From: an uncultured Clostridia bacterium
Lineage (GTDB): Bacteria > Bacillota > Clostridia > TANB77 > CAG-465
Direction of reading: 5' to 3'
Assembly (NCBI GenBank): GCA_947631415.1
Contig: CANRLG010000002.1
Coordinates: 15,661 to 79,660, forward strand
Length of the DNA: 64,000 nt
Part shown: piece by piece, positions 8,324 to 17,621 of the stretch
Layout: each line of letters opens with the position of its first letter
Numbering within the stretch: position 1 is the stretch's first letter
The notes under the pieces: model-generated
Told to the model about the DNA's origin: nothing
Seen by the model: the letters and a program-made list of their open reading frames with translations, nothing else
The model's database searches: none
Translations under genes and position numbers: made by a program

Positions 8324-9394
8324 TTAATTATTTTCTTTAAAATATTTTAGGTTATTCAAATATTCTTTACTTTGTGGTTTATACTTTCCAGCTTTATCAT
8401 TATAATTTATTGCAAGTTTTCGTTTACCAATTTTATCATAACACACACATAAGTTAATACATGGAATATATGTGTAATAGTCTTGTTGAACAAATGCTCC
8501 AGATTTAATATTTGGCTTAGATTTTAGTGCTTCCTTAAACCAGTAAATAGCAATGTCATATTTAGCTTTTTTCATAAAATAAATCCCAATTTGTGAACAG
8601 AACTCACCTCTAGGTTTATCTAGTGTAAATGAGAGAAATAGAGAAGAAAGATAATTGGTATCATCATTTAGATTAAGATAACAGGTAGCAAGGTCCATAC
8701 ACGCATTTATTTTATTTTCTATCCAGCCGTTATCATCTAAAAGAAAAGAGTTTAACTTGTCTATTGCATCTAAGTATTTACCATTATACATTAATTCACG
8801 AGCATAGTAATATTTTTGTCTTGAATCTAGTGTTATTCCTTTTGAAATCATGTCATTAAATATATCTAAGTTTCTGGTTGAGTAAGAGTAATTTTCTTTT
8901 TTATGTGTGATACAAATATCTAAATACTTAATCTTTCCAAAAGGGGTAATAGTTTCATGAATTGGACTTTTCCATTGTGCATTTAAACTTCTTTTAATAA
9001 GTCTTTCTCTAAAGTATGAAAAAGTTACATTGCCATATTCATCAAAACCAACATTATATTTTAACATAACAAAATCTACATCTTTAGTTAAAGTAGACTT
9101 AAGATTAATTAATTTTTCCTTATCTTTATCTAGTATTACATCATCTGCATCAAGCCACAAAATATAATCGCAATGTGCTTTTGAAAATGAGTAATTTCGT
9201 GCCTTAGAAAAGTCATTGCACCATTTGAAATCATATACATTTGAGGTATATTTTTTAGCAATTTCTTTTGTATTATCTGTAGAACCTGTGTCTATAATAA
9301 TCATTTCATCTACTAAATTATTTACACTATCTAAACACCTTAAAAGAACTTTTTCTTCATTTTTAACAATCATACATAAGCTAATAGTTATCAT
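8324..9394 (-). CDS. family-2 glycosyltransferase (SpsA-like) fused to a TPR-like C-terminal domain
   Basis: GT2 N-terminus (ISLCMIVKNEE..L.RCLDS, IIIDTGSTDNT, DADD) with a helical/TPR-like C-terminal half. Lies 64 bp upstream of the collagen-like gene on the same strand. Confidence 0.7.
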   Translation of the reverse strand: MITISLCMIVKNEEKVLLRCLDSVNNLVDEMIIIDTGSTDNTKEIAKKYTSNVYDFKWCNDFSKARNYSFSKAHCDYILWLDADDVILDKDKEKLINLKSTLTKDVDFVMLKYNVGFDEYGNVTFSYFRERLIKRSLNAQWKSPIHETITPFGKIKYLDICITHKKENYSYSTRNLDIFNDMISKGITLDSRQKYYYARELMYNGKYLDAIDKLNSFLLDDNGWIENKINACMDLATCYLNLNDDTNYLSSLFLSFTLDKPRGEFCSQIGIYFMKKAKYDIAIYWFKEALKSKPNIKSGAFVQQDYYTYIPCINLCVCYDKIGKRKLAINYNDKAGKYKPQSKEYLNNLKYFKENN

Positions 9395-9488
9395 AAAACC
9401 TCCTCGATTTATGTATATGACAAAACTTGTGGCAAAATGCGAGATAAAAACTATTGAAATAATATTTACTAGATATTAAGATATTGTA

Positions 9489-11594
9489 ATGATTACAAGA
9501 TTTATAAATAAAAGAGCAGTAATATTTTGCATTATAATTATAGTTATAATTGCAAGAACGATTAGCTCAATATACACTTTTAATTTTAAGTATAAAGGAT
9601 ATAAAAATAATAATATAAATGTAAAGGTATTGAATGTATATAAAATGGAAGAGGAGAGAATTATATATAAAGTAAAATATAATACAGATACTTTTTTACT
9701 ATATCTAAAAGATGTGGAAAATGTGCATGAATATGGAGATGTTTTACGAATAAATGCTACATTTTATGACATACAAACAAATGGTAATCCGTATGAATTT
9801 AATTATAGGAGATATCTAAATTCTAATGGTATTATTTCTACCATATATGCAAATAATGCTAAAGTTATAAAAAGAGAAAAGGACTTTTTAACAATAGTTC
9901 ATTATGTTAGGAAAATTATAAATAAAAAGATAGATAATAATTTTGAGAGTACAAAGGCAAATCTTTTAAAGAGTTTTCTTTATGGAGATGATTTATATTT
10001 AGATAAAGATATAAAAGAACTATTTACAAATATTGGGCTTGGACATATTCTTTGTGTATCAGGAGCACACGTTTTTTTCTTACTTGAAGCATTTGAAAAT
10101 ATTACTAAAGCTAGAAAATCTAAAGTGAATAGGATTTTAATATTAGTTATTTTTTATATTATTTCACTATTTAAAATATCATTACTTAGAGCAATAATAA
10201 TGAATATTTTATCTATGTATAATAGGTATAAAAATGTGTATAAAAGGTATATAATCTCTGCAATAATAGTGTATATTATTAATCCATATTATGTATTTAA
10301 TATTGGTGTTATCTTTTCTTTTTTATCTATTTTAGGAATTATTATATTTAATTCACAAATTAATTCATTCTTAAAAATTAAGTTAAATCATAAAGTATTT
10401 AATCAAATAATAAATTCAGTTTCAATGACAATTAGTGCTCAACTCTTAATAATACCTTTTGAAATATATGCTTTTGGAAAGATAACGTTAATGAGTATTA
10501 TTTCAAATTTTATCTTTTCAGTTTGTATAAATATATTAATGAAATTGAGTTTTTCATTATTATTTTTAATATTTGTTCCATACATAACTATCATATTATT
10601 TAATTGTTTAGACTTAATTTTAAATTTTATGCTATTTAGTGCAAGATTATTAGAAAGAATAAATTATTTAGATATACATTTACCAAGATTTAATTGGATA
10701 ATGTACATATTATATTATCTTTTAGTTATTCTAATAATTTTCTCAGATAAAATTTGGGTATATTTTTGGGATAAACGAAAAATTATAAAAAAAGGAGTAA
10801 GAATACTAAAAATATTATGTTGTGGCATAATAATATTTGAAATTATATATATAAAGTATTTTGAGGTGTATGTCATATTCTTTAACGTTGGACAGGGAAA
10901 TATGGCTTTAGTACATTGTTATACTAAAAATATAATAGTAGATATTGGTTCTACACAAGAAAATATAGCATACAACATCATGAGTAGTTTTTTAAAAGCA
11001 AAAGATATTAAAAGTATAGATTTATTGCTAGTTACACATATTCATTCAGACCACATAAATGGAGTAAAGAAGCTAGCAGAAGATAAAAATATTTCCGTAA
11101 AAATAATAGGGCTAAGTAGACCGTGTATTGAAAATGATGAATATAAAGACATAATAGATACAAAAGTAGCTAAAGTTTATCTAAATGAGGAGGATAAAAT
11201 TAAAGTAGGAAATATTAGTATACAAGTATTAAGTCCACCATTAAATACTGTAATACAAGATGAAGATATGTTAAATGCAAATTCTACAGTGTATTTTATA
11301 CAAAATGCAAATAAAAGGTATCTTTTTATGGGAGATGCAACGCAAAAAGCAGAGAAAATAATACTAGAAAAATACTATGAAATTTTGGAGAAAGTTGATG
11401 TACTTCAAGTATCTCATCATGGTTCATCTACATCAAGCTACGAGCCTTTTATCTCAAAATTTAACAAGTGTGTTTGTGTAATATCTTCAAAGAAAAGTGT
11501 ATATGGACATCCAAGTCAAATTGTATTAGACACACTAAATAAGTATAATTTGAAAATTAAAATTACACAAAAAGATAATGCAGTCATATTTTAA
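9489..11594 (+). CDS. comEC: DNA internalization/competence protein ComEC/Rec2 (polytopic membrane domain plus C-terminal metallo-beta-lactamase domain)
   Basis: Competence-domain motif (GLGHILCVSGAHV), multiple TM segments, and C-terminal MBL motifs (HIHSDHINGV, VSHHGS). Confidence 0.8.
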   Translation: MITRFINKRAVIFCIIIIVIIARTISSIYTFNFKYKGYKNNNINVKVLNVYKMEEERIIYKVKYNTDTFLLYLKDVENVHEYGDVLRINATFYDIQTNGNPYEFNYRRYLNSNGIISTIYANNAKVIKREKDFLTIVHYVRKIINKKIDNNFESTKANLLKSFLYGDDLYLDKDIKELFTNIGLGHILCVSGAHVFFLLEAFENITKARKSKVNRILILVIFYIISLFKISLLRAIIMNILSMYNRYKNVYKRYIISAIIVYIINPYYVFNIGVIFSFLSILGIIIFNSQINSFLKIKLNHKVFNQIINSVSMTISAQLLIIPFEIYAFGKITLMSIISNFIFSVCINILMKLSFSLLFLIFVPYITIILFNCLDLILNFMLFSARLLERINYLDIHLPRFNWIMYILYYLLVILIIFSDKIWVYFWDKRKIIKKGVRILKILCCGIIIFEIIYIKYFEVYVIFFNVGQGNMALVHCYTKNIIVDIGSTQENIAYNIMSSFLKAKDIKSIDLLLVTHIHSDHINGVKKLAEDKNISVKIIGLSRPCIENDEYKDIIDTKVAKVYLNEEDKIKVGNISIQVLSPPLNTVIQDEDMLNANSTVYFIQNANKRYLFMGDATQKAEKIILEKYYEILEKVDVLQVSHHGSSTSSYEPFISKFNKCVCVISSKKSVYGHPSQIVLDTLNKYNLKIKITQKDNAVIF

Positions 11595-11634
11595 ATGTAT
11601 AAACTTTTTAAATAGGGTAAACATATTAGTATAG

Positions 11635-12237
11635 GTGATTATTTTGAAAAATTTAAAGTTTAAAATTATGTATTGTTTATCCTTAGTATTATTTTTAATA
11701 GTAGGAATTATGTTTGGATACAACAAAGAAACAAAAAAATCTATGTTTAATGATGAAAGTATATTAGATTATGCTATTAGATTTACTTCAGCAGATGTAG
11801 ATAATTATGTTGTAACTACTTCTACAAAAGTTTCAGATATTGAAGTTATTTATGAGGATTGCTATTTAGAATGTAATGAGAGTGAAAGTAAATCAAAAAT
11901 GGTATATGGAACAACAATGGATAAAGTAAAAGAAGATGAAGAAAAAGAGCAAGAAGCAAAAGGTGTAATATATGAGATAAAAGGAGAAAGTAGTACTAGA
12001 ATAATGTATAGTAGAAATATAAATGGAATATGTCCTAATCATTATTTTGTAAAAGCAGAATCTGGTGTAGTTACGGTTTATAGAATAAAGGGAGAAGATA
12101 AGAAAGAAATATATACTAAATTAGAAAATATAAATATTGAGAATTTAAGACAAGAGTTAAAAACAAAAATTGAAAAAGGAACATATCTAAATTCAAGGGA
12201 AGAATTAAATCATTTTATAGAAGATTTAGAAAGCTAA
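11635..12237 (+). CDS. hypothetical membrane-anchored protein
   Basis: N-terminal hydrophobic segment, no recognisable domain. Start is uncertain (GTG at 11635 or ATG at 11665). Confidence 0.35.
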   Translation: MIILKNLKFKIMYCLSLVLFLIVGIMFGYNKETKKSMFNDESILDYAIRFTSADVDNYVVTTSTKVSDIEVIYEDCYLECNESESKSKMVYGTTMDKVKEDEEKEQEAKGVIYEIKGESSTRIMYSRNINGICPNHYFVKAESGVVTVYRIKGEDKKEIYTKLENINIENLRQELKTKIEKGTYLNSREELNHFIEDLES

Positions 12238-12287
12238 TTATTGAAAAAATTTTTTTAGTATGCTAAGCTATTATTGAGGTGGAATAT

Positions 12288-13244
12288 ATGGAAAATAATA
12301 GTTTAAATGAAACTAAGGATATAGATAAAAAAGTAGAAAAAAGAAGAGAAGTAGTAATGCATTATAGAAAGCCAAGTGTTTTTTCATCATTACTACTTAT
12401 TTTAATTGGAGCTTGTATTGCTACGGCAGTATTAGGTTGTATTTATTTATTTGATTTAAAAGATAATGAAACACAAACTAATATTGCACAAGATGAACAA
12501 GTAGATATAGAACAAAATGTTGAGGAAAATGTAGAAATACCAGAAGTTAATTTAGATATAAATGGAGAATTTGTACAAGAATTATATAAGAAAATACCTT
12601 CAACTGATGCTATGCCAAACTGTGTAGTTTATAGTGATGAAAGAATAACTCAAGGACATATAACAGATTATGATAAAATGATGTATGTTCTAGAAAATAT
12701 GTTTTGGAATAAAGAATATGAAGTTACAACAAGTGAAGGAATGTACGATAAACTATCACTTATAGGAGATACATCATATAATAGAGAGGTGGATATATTC
12801 AAAGTAGAAGATGTTGAGGAAAAATATAGAAATTACTTTGGTTCAGATAAAGAAATATTAAAAGAAACTATAAGATATATAGGATATGTTTTTGATTTTA
12901 ATAGTGAAGATAACTGTTTTTATGGTCACGCATTCGAGGGTGGTGGAGGACAACCATACATATATAGTACTAAAATAGATTCGGCAGAAAAGAGTGAAGA
13001 TGGAAAAGAAATATATATTTATGATTATTTTATGAGTGTTGAAACATATAATAATTATGATGTATACAGCTTTGCAGGAAATTATAATGTTTCTATTGGA
13101 AATGAACCAGAAGAATATAAAAATCATGAGCTAATAGAAAAGTATATTGAAAATGGATTATATAAATTTAAGAATACATTTAAGCTAGATGATACAGGAA
13201 ATTATTACTGGTATTCAACAGAGCCAATAATGGAGAAAAACTAG
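12288..13244 (+). CDS. hypothetical single-pass membrane protein, paralog A (short cytoplasmic N-terminus, TM, extracytoplasmic domain of about 250 aa)
   Basis: ATG at 12288 is preceded by gaggtgg (the ORF-track start at 12279 lies inside the RBS). Shares the motifs DGEFVQ.LY.KIP and DDTG...WYS with the next gene. Confidence 0.5.
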   Translation: MENNSLNETKDIDKKVEKRREVVMHYRKPSVFSSLLLILIGACIATAVLGCIYLFDLKDNETQTNIAQDEQVDIEQNVEENVEIPEVNLDINGEFVQELYKKIPSTDAMPNCVVYSDERITQGHITDYDKMMYVLENMFWNKEYEVTTSEGMYDKLSLIGDTSYNREVDIFKVEDVEEKYRNYFGSDKEILKETIRYIGYVFDFNSEDNCFYGHAFEGGGGQPYIYSTKIDSAEKSEDGKEIYIYDYFMSVETYNNYDVYSFAGNYNVSIGNEPEEYKNHELIEKYIENGLYKFKNTFKLDDTGNYYWYSTEPIMEKN

Positions 13245-13448
13245 TAATATCAACACATGCAGAGAAACTAGCAAGATAAAAACATTTAATTGTAATATAA
13301 ATTTAATAAAAGAGAGTAAAGTGAAAGATGAAGATTTTTCACTTTATTTTTTTTAATTATTAAAAAAATAAAGATATTGTTTTTACTAAATATCTATGTT
13401 AAGCTTTAAGTACAATAAGAAAAAATAAATTAACTATGGAGGTTAATT

Positions 13449-14366
13449 ATGAATAGAAGAATGGAAAATGAAAATAGAAGAACGGCACAAGTACAAAGTG
13501 AGTATAAAGCAGCTGTTAGAAAAAATACCATTGAAGTAGAAACTTCATCAAAAGATGGTAATAGTAAAGCCGTAAATATTATTATAATATTTTTAAGTGC
13601 TACAGTTATTATACTACTTGCTTTTCTTATACAAAACTTATTCAAGTATAGTGCTAATAAAAAGGAGATAGAAAAAACAGAGAAAAATGAAATTGCATCT
13701 AACTTAGATTTAAGCGTAGATGGAGAGTTTGTTCAAGACTTGTATCATAAAATTCCTATGCTTCAAATGGGAGGACAAATATATAATGCTACAACTACTA
13801 AATATGAAGATATGTCTGAAAATGATAGACTTGCTTATGTATTTAGTGTACTTGAAAAAAATTCAACAGATGAAGAATTTGAATATTCTAAAGTAAATGA
13901 GGAGTATAAGAAAATTTTTGGAACGGATAAAGTTGCTCCAAAAATTAATGTAAAATATAACGATTTAGATTTGTATGAATATATAGCTGATGGAGATTTA
14001 TATCAAGCACGTATATATAACAATGGATTTATGGAGAAAAGTTTATATTCGTATAAAACTAATATAGAAAAAGTAGAGAAAAATGATAAAGGAAGTCAAG
14101 TATACATTTATGATAAATTTGTATGTTTTGATTCCACAGGAGATGTAAACTCCTTTGGAGTATATAAAACAGCAGATAAAAGCGTATATATTGAAACAGG
14201 TCTTACTCGAGGGCATGACTCAGGAATAAATAAAGATATATTTGGAGGTAAGACTGTAGAACAACTTTTAGAAGATAATATAGATAAAGGTGGTATGTTT
14301 AAACATACATTTATAGTAGATGATACGGGAAAATTTTCATGGTATTCATCTGAATATATTAATTAG
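13449..14366 (+). CDS. hypothetical single-pass membrane protein, paralog B
   Basis: Same architecture and motifs as 12288..13244 (LSVDGEFVQDLYHKIP ... FIVDDTGKFSWYSSEYIN). RBS tggaggt upstream. Confidence 0.5.
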   Translation: MNRRMENENRRTAQVQSEYKAAVRKNTIEVETSSKDGNSKAVNIIIIFLSATVIILLAFLIQNLFKYSANKKEIEKTEKNEIASNLDLSVDGEFVQDLYHKIPMLQMGGQIYNATTTKYEDMSENDRLAYVFSVLEKNSTDEEFEYSKVNEEYKKIFGTDKVAPKINVKYNDLDLYEYIADGDLYQARIYNNGFMEKSLYSYKTNIEKVEKNDKGSQVYIYDKFVCFDSTGDVNSFGVYKTADKSVYIETGLTRGHDSGINKDIFGGKTVEQLLEDNIDKGGMFKHTFIVDDTGKFSWYSSEYIN

Positions 14367-14478
14367 CCAATTTCTAATATTTTATATACCTTTTTACCTT
14401 TTTTTAGTGAGCAAGAAATTGTTCACTATTTTTTAATTAAAAAAGAGCCACATATACAGTGACTCTTGTTTAAATTAC

Positions 14479-16800
14479 TTACTTTGTAATTACTATTTTA
14501 TCTTGTTCTTCATCTACATTTAGATGATATTTTTTATTTTCTTTTATTTCGTTTTTAATAAATCCAACTGCTAGTAAATCTTCTATATAAGTTTGTATAG
14601 CACGTCTTAATGGTCTAGCTCCAAATTTATCACTATGACCTTTATTTGCTATAAATTTAACTACATATTGGTCATAATCAAATAGAACTTTATGAGTTTT
14701 AGTATCATCTTGAAGTTCTTTTATCATTAAGTCAGCAATCTTATATAGAGTATCATCATCTAATTTATTGAATGTAACTATATCATCAATTCTATTTAAA
14801 AATTCTGGACTAAAGAATTCTTTAAGAGCTTCTGCAGTCTTGTTTTCTAGCATTTCATTTTCAATATGTCCATTTGCAAAACCATAGCCATCAGATTTGA
14901 AGTTTGTTCCAAGGTTAGATGTAAGAACTATAATTGTGTGTCTAAATGAAACACTTCTTCCTTGAGAATCTGTTAAAATACCTTCATCTAATATTTGAAG
15001 AAGTATATTATATACACTAGGATGAGCTTTTTCTATCTCATCAAATAGTACAATGCTATATGGATTTCTTCTAATTTTCTCTGTTAATTGTCCTGCTTCA
15101 TCATATCCAACGTATCCTGGAGGAGAACCTATCAATTTAGAAGTAGAGTTAGATTCCATATACTCAGACATATCTAGCTTAATTACTGAGTCTTCGTTAT
15201 CAAATAGCTCATAAGCTAATGCTTTAACAAGTGCAGTTTTACCAACTCCAGTAGGTCCAACAAATATAAATGATGGTGGACGTTTAGTTGAAGTTATATT
15301 AGCACGTTTTCTAAGAATTGCATTAGCAAGTTTGTCTATTGCATAATCTTGACCAATAATTTTCTTCTTTAAGTTTTCTTTTAAGTTAAGTAATTTTTCT
15401 GTATCAGAAGTTTTAATTCTCATAACAGGTATCTTAGTCCATAATTCTACAACTTGTGCAAGATTATCATAAGTAACTTCTTGTGGTTTAGAATTAGCGA
15501 CTAATTCATCAAGTGTAGTCTTTAGTTTGCATTTAATTTCTTTATTCTTAGCAGCTCTTTCAAATACAGAGTTATCTACACTTTCAGAATTTGCATCATT
15601 TTGTTTAGCCATTTCTTCTTGAATTTTAGTTTCTTCTTCTATAGCTTCATCAAGTTCTTTTTGAACTTTTTCAATTTTAGCAAGGTTTAAATCTTCTAAG
15701 TTTACTCTAGCACAAGCTTCATCTAGTAAATCTATAGCTTTGTCTGGTAAAAATCTATCATGAATGTATTTGCTAGAAAGACTTACAGCATATCTTAAAG
15801 TTTCATCTTTAATCTTTACTTTATGAAAATCTTCATAATATGATTTTATTCCTTTTAGAATATTAAAACAGTCTTCTTCACTAGGCTCATCTATCATTAC
15901 TGGTTGAAATCTTCTTTCAAGAGCACTGTCTTTTTCTATATATTGTCTATATTCTTTAAGAGTAGTAGCACCAATAAGTTGAACTGAACCATTTGCAAGA
16001 GCTGGTTTTAACATATTAGCAGCATTCATTGAGTTATCATGCTCAAGCCCACCAACTATATTGTGAACTTCATCTATTGCTAAAATAACATTTCCAAGTG
16101 ATTTACATTCATCTATCAGTCCTTTAACTCTAGATTCAAATTGTCCTCTAAATTGAGTACCTGCAACTAGAGAAGTCATATCTATTAAATAAACTTCTTT
16201 ATTTACAAGTTTTCCTGGAACTTCACCTGCTACAATTTTCATAGCAAGTGCGTTAATAACGGCTGTTTTACCTACACCTGGTTCACCAATTAAAGCAGGA
16301 TTATTTTTAGAACGGCGGTTAAGAATTTGAATCATTCTTTGTAATTCAACATCTCTACCAATTACTTTATCTAGTTTTCCTTGTCTTGCTTTTTCAGTTA
16401 AATTTTCACCAAATGTATCTAAGTATTTGTTCTTTTTCTTTTTGTTATCTTTAGATTTTGTGTTTGAATTGTCAGCTTTACTCTTGTTTGCAAAAATATT
16501 TCCAAATATATTTCCTATACTAGTAGGTTTAGATTTATCATCATCTTCATCATCAAGACCAGCAAGTTCTTCAGAGCCATCTAAAGAACCCATCATACTG
16601 TCAAATTGATTAGTCATGTTTTCTAAATCTTCCTCATTCATATTAGACATTTCCTTCATTATGTTTGCTAAAGGGTCGATACCTTGTTTTTTTGCACATC
16701 CGACACATAATCCTGTAGTTTCTCCTGTAGGTTTACCATCTTTATCTAATTTGTTAATAAAGACAACTGCAAGATTTTTTTTACATACAGAACATAGCAT
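14479..16800 (-). CDS. clpE: Clp/Hsp100 AAA+ ATPase of ClpE type (N-terminal CxxC..CxxC zinc ribbon plus two AAA modules)
   Basis: N-terminus MLCSVCKK...LCVGCAKK, two Walker A sites ([18 protein letters not shown]), and Clp signature regions. RBS ggagatga upstream. Confidence 0.7.
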   Translation of the reverse strand: MLCSVCKKNLAVVFINKLDKDGKPTGETTGLCVGCAKKQGIDPLANIMKEMSNMNEEDLENMTNQFDSMMGSLDGSEELAGLDDEDDDKSKPTSIGNIFGNIFANKSKADNSNTKSKDNKKKKNKYLDTFGENLTEKARQGKLDKVIGRDVELQRMIQILNRRSKNNPALIGEPGVGKTAVINALAMKIVAGEVPGKLVNKEVYLIDMTSLVAGTQFRGQFESRVKGLIDECKSLGNVILAIDEVHNIVGGLEHDNSMNAANMLKPALANGSVQLIGATTLKEYRQYIEKDSALERRFQPVMIDEPSEEDCFNILKGIKSYYEDFHKVKIKDETLRYAVSLSSKYIHDRFLPDKAIDLLDEACARVNLEDLNLAKIEKVQKELDEAIEEETKIQEEMAKQNDANSESVDNSVFERAAKNKEIKCKLKTTLDELVANSKPQEVTYDNLAQVVELWTKIPVMRIKTSDTEKLLNLKENLKKKIIGQDYAIDKLANAILRKRANITSTKRPPSFIFVGPTGVGKTALVKALAYELFDNEDSVIKLDMSEYMESNSTSKLIGSPPGYVGYDEAGQLTEKIRRNPYSIVLFDEIEKAHPSVYNILLQILDEGILTDSQGRSVSFRHTIIVLTSNLGTNFKSDGYGFANGHIENEMLENKTAEALKEFFSPEFLNRIDDIVTFNKLDDDTLYKIADLMIKELQDDTKTHKVLFDYDQYVVKFIANKGHSDKFGARPLRRAIQTYIEDLLAVGFIKNEIKENKKYHLNVDEEQDKIVITK

Positions 16801-17030
16801 AATTTAATCATCTCCTATTAATCTTTTATTGTAATGCATAAAAATATATACAAAACAATAATGAAATTATAGCATATAAAGTTATGAAATACAAGAAGAT
16901 TAGGCAATACAAAGTAGTAAAAATACGAGATAAGAAAATATAGTTAATAATTTTTAAATTTTTCTAAATATCTTTTAAAATAACTCTCTTTTTGATATAA
17001 TCTAACTAAATCTATTAAAGGAGAGGGAAT

Positions 17031-17618
17031 ATGGAAGAATTAAATAATACAGTAGAAGCAATATTGTTTGCACTAGGACGTGAAATTACTCCTAAAGAAA
17101 TAGCACAAACTTTAGAAGTAGAAGAAGAAAGTGTAAAACAGAGTATTGAACTTTTAAAAGAAAAATATAATAATACACAAGGAGTAACTTTAGTAGAAGT
17201 TAATGATACAGTTCAACTTGTTACAAATAAAAAATATTATGAGCAAGTGGACAAGTTTGTGGAAAATACTAAAAAACAAAATTTGTCTGTATCTGCTCAA
17301 GAGACTTTGAGTATAATTGCATATAATCCAAAGATTACAAGAACAGAAATAGAGGCAATACGTGGAGTAAATAGCGATTTTGCTGTAAGTAGATTACTTG
17401 AGTGTGGATTAATTGAAGAAGTAGCAAGATTAAATCTACCTGGTAGACCTGCTGCATATAGTGTAACAAATGAGTTCTTAAAATCATGTGGTATTAGTAG
17501 TGTAGAAGAATTACCAGATTATGAGAAAATTAAGATTAAAGATGAACAAATGCTAGTTTCAGACTATGAAAAAATGGAAGATGAAAATAGCGATGAAACT
17601 AAATCTGATGAGGAGTAA
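17031..17618 (+). CDS. scpB: segregation and condensation protein B (ScpB)
   Basis: Collinear similarity to ScpB winged-helix pairs (AILFA.G, ..TR.EIEAIRGV). No scpA lies immediately upstream. Confidence 0.8.
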   Translation: MEELNNTVEAILFALGREITPKEIAQTLEVEEESVKQSIELLKEKYNNTQGVTLVEVNDTVQLVTNKKYYEQVDKFVENTKKQNLSVSAQETLSIIAYNPKITRTEIEAIRGVNSDFAVSRLLECGLIEEVARLNLPGRPAAYSVTNEFLKSCGISSVEELPDYEKIKIKDEQMLVSDYEKMEDENSDETKSDEE

Positions 17619-17621
17619 TTA

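Noticed and set aside
16801-17030. CtsR heat-shock operator upstream of the clpE-type gene
   Set aside because: No GGTCAAA-type direct repeat, and no TTTGACC on the plus strand, was found by eye. I left this as an open question rather than a feature.
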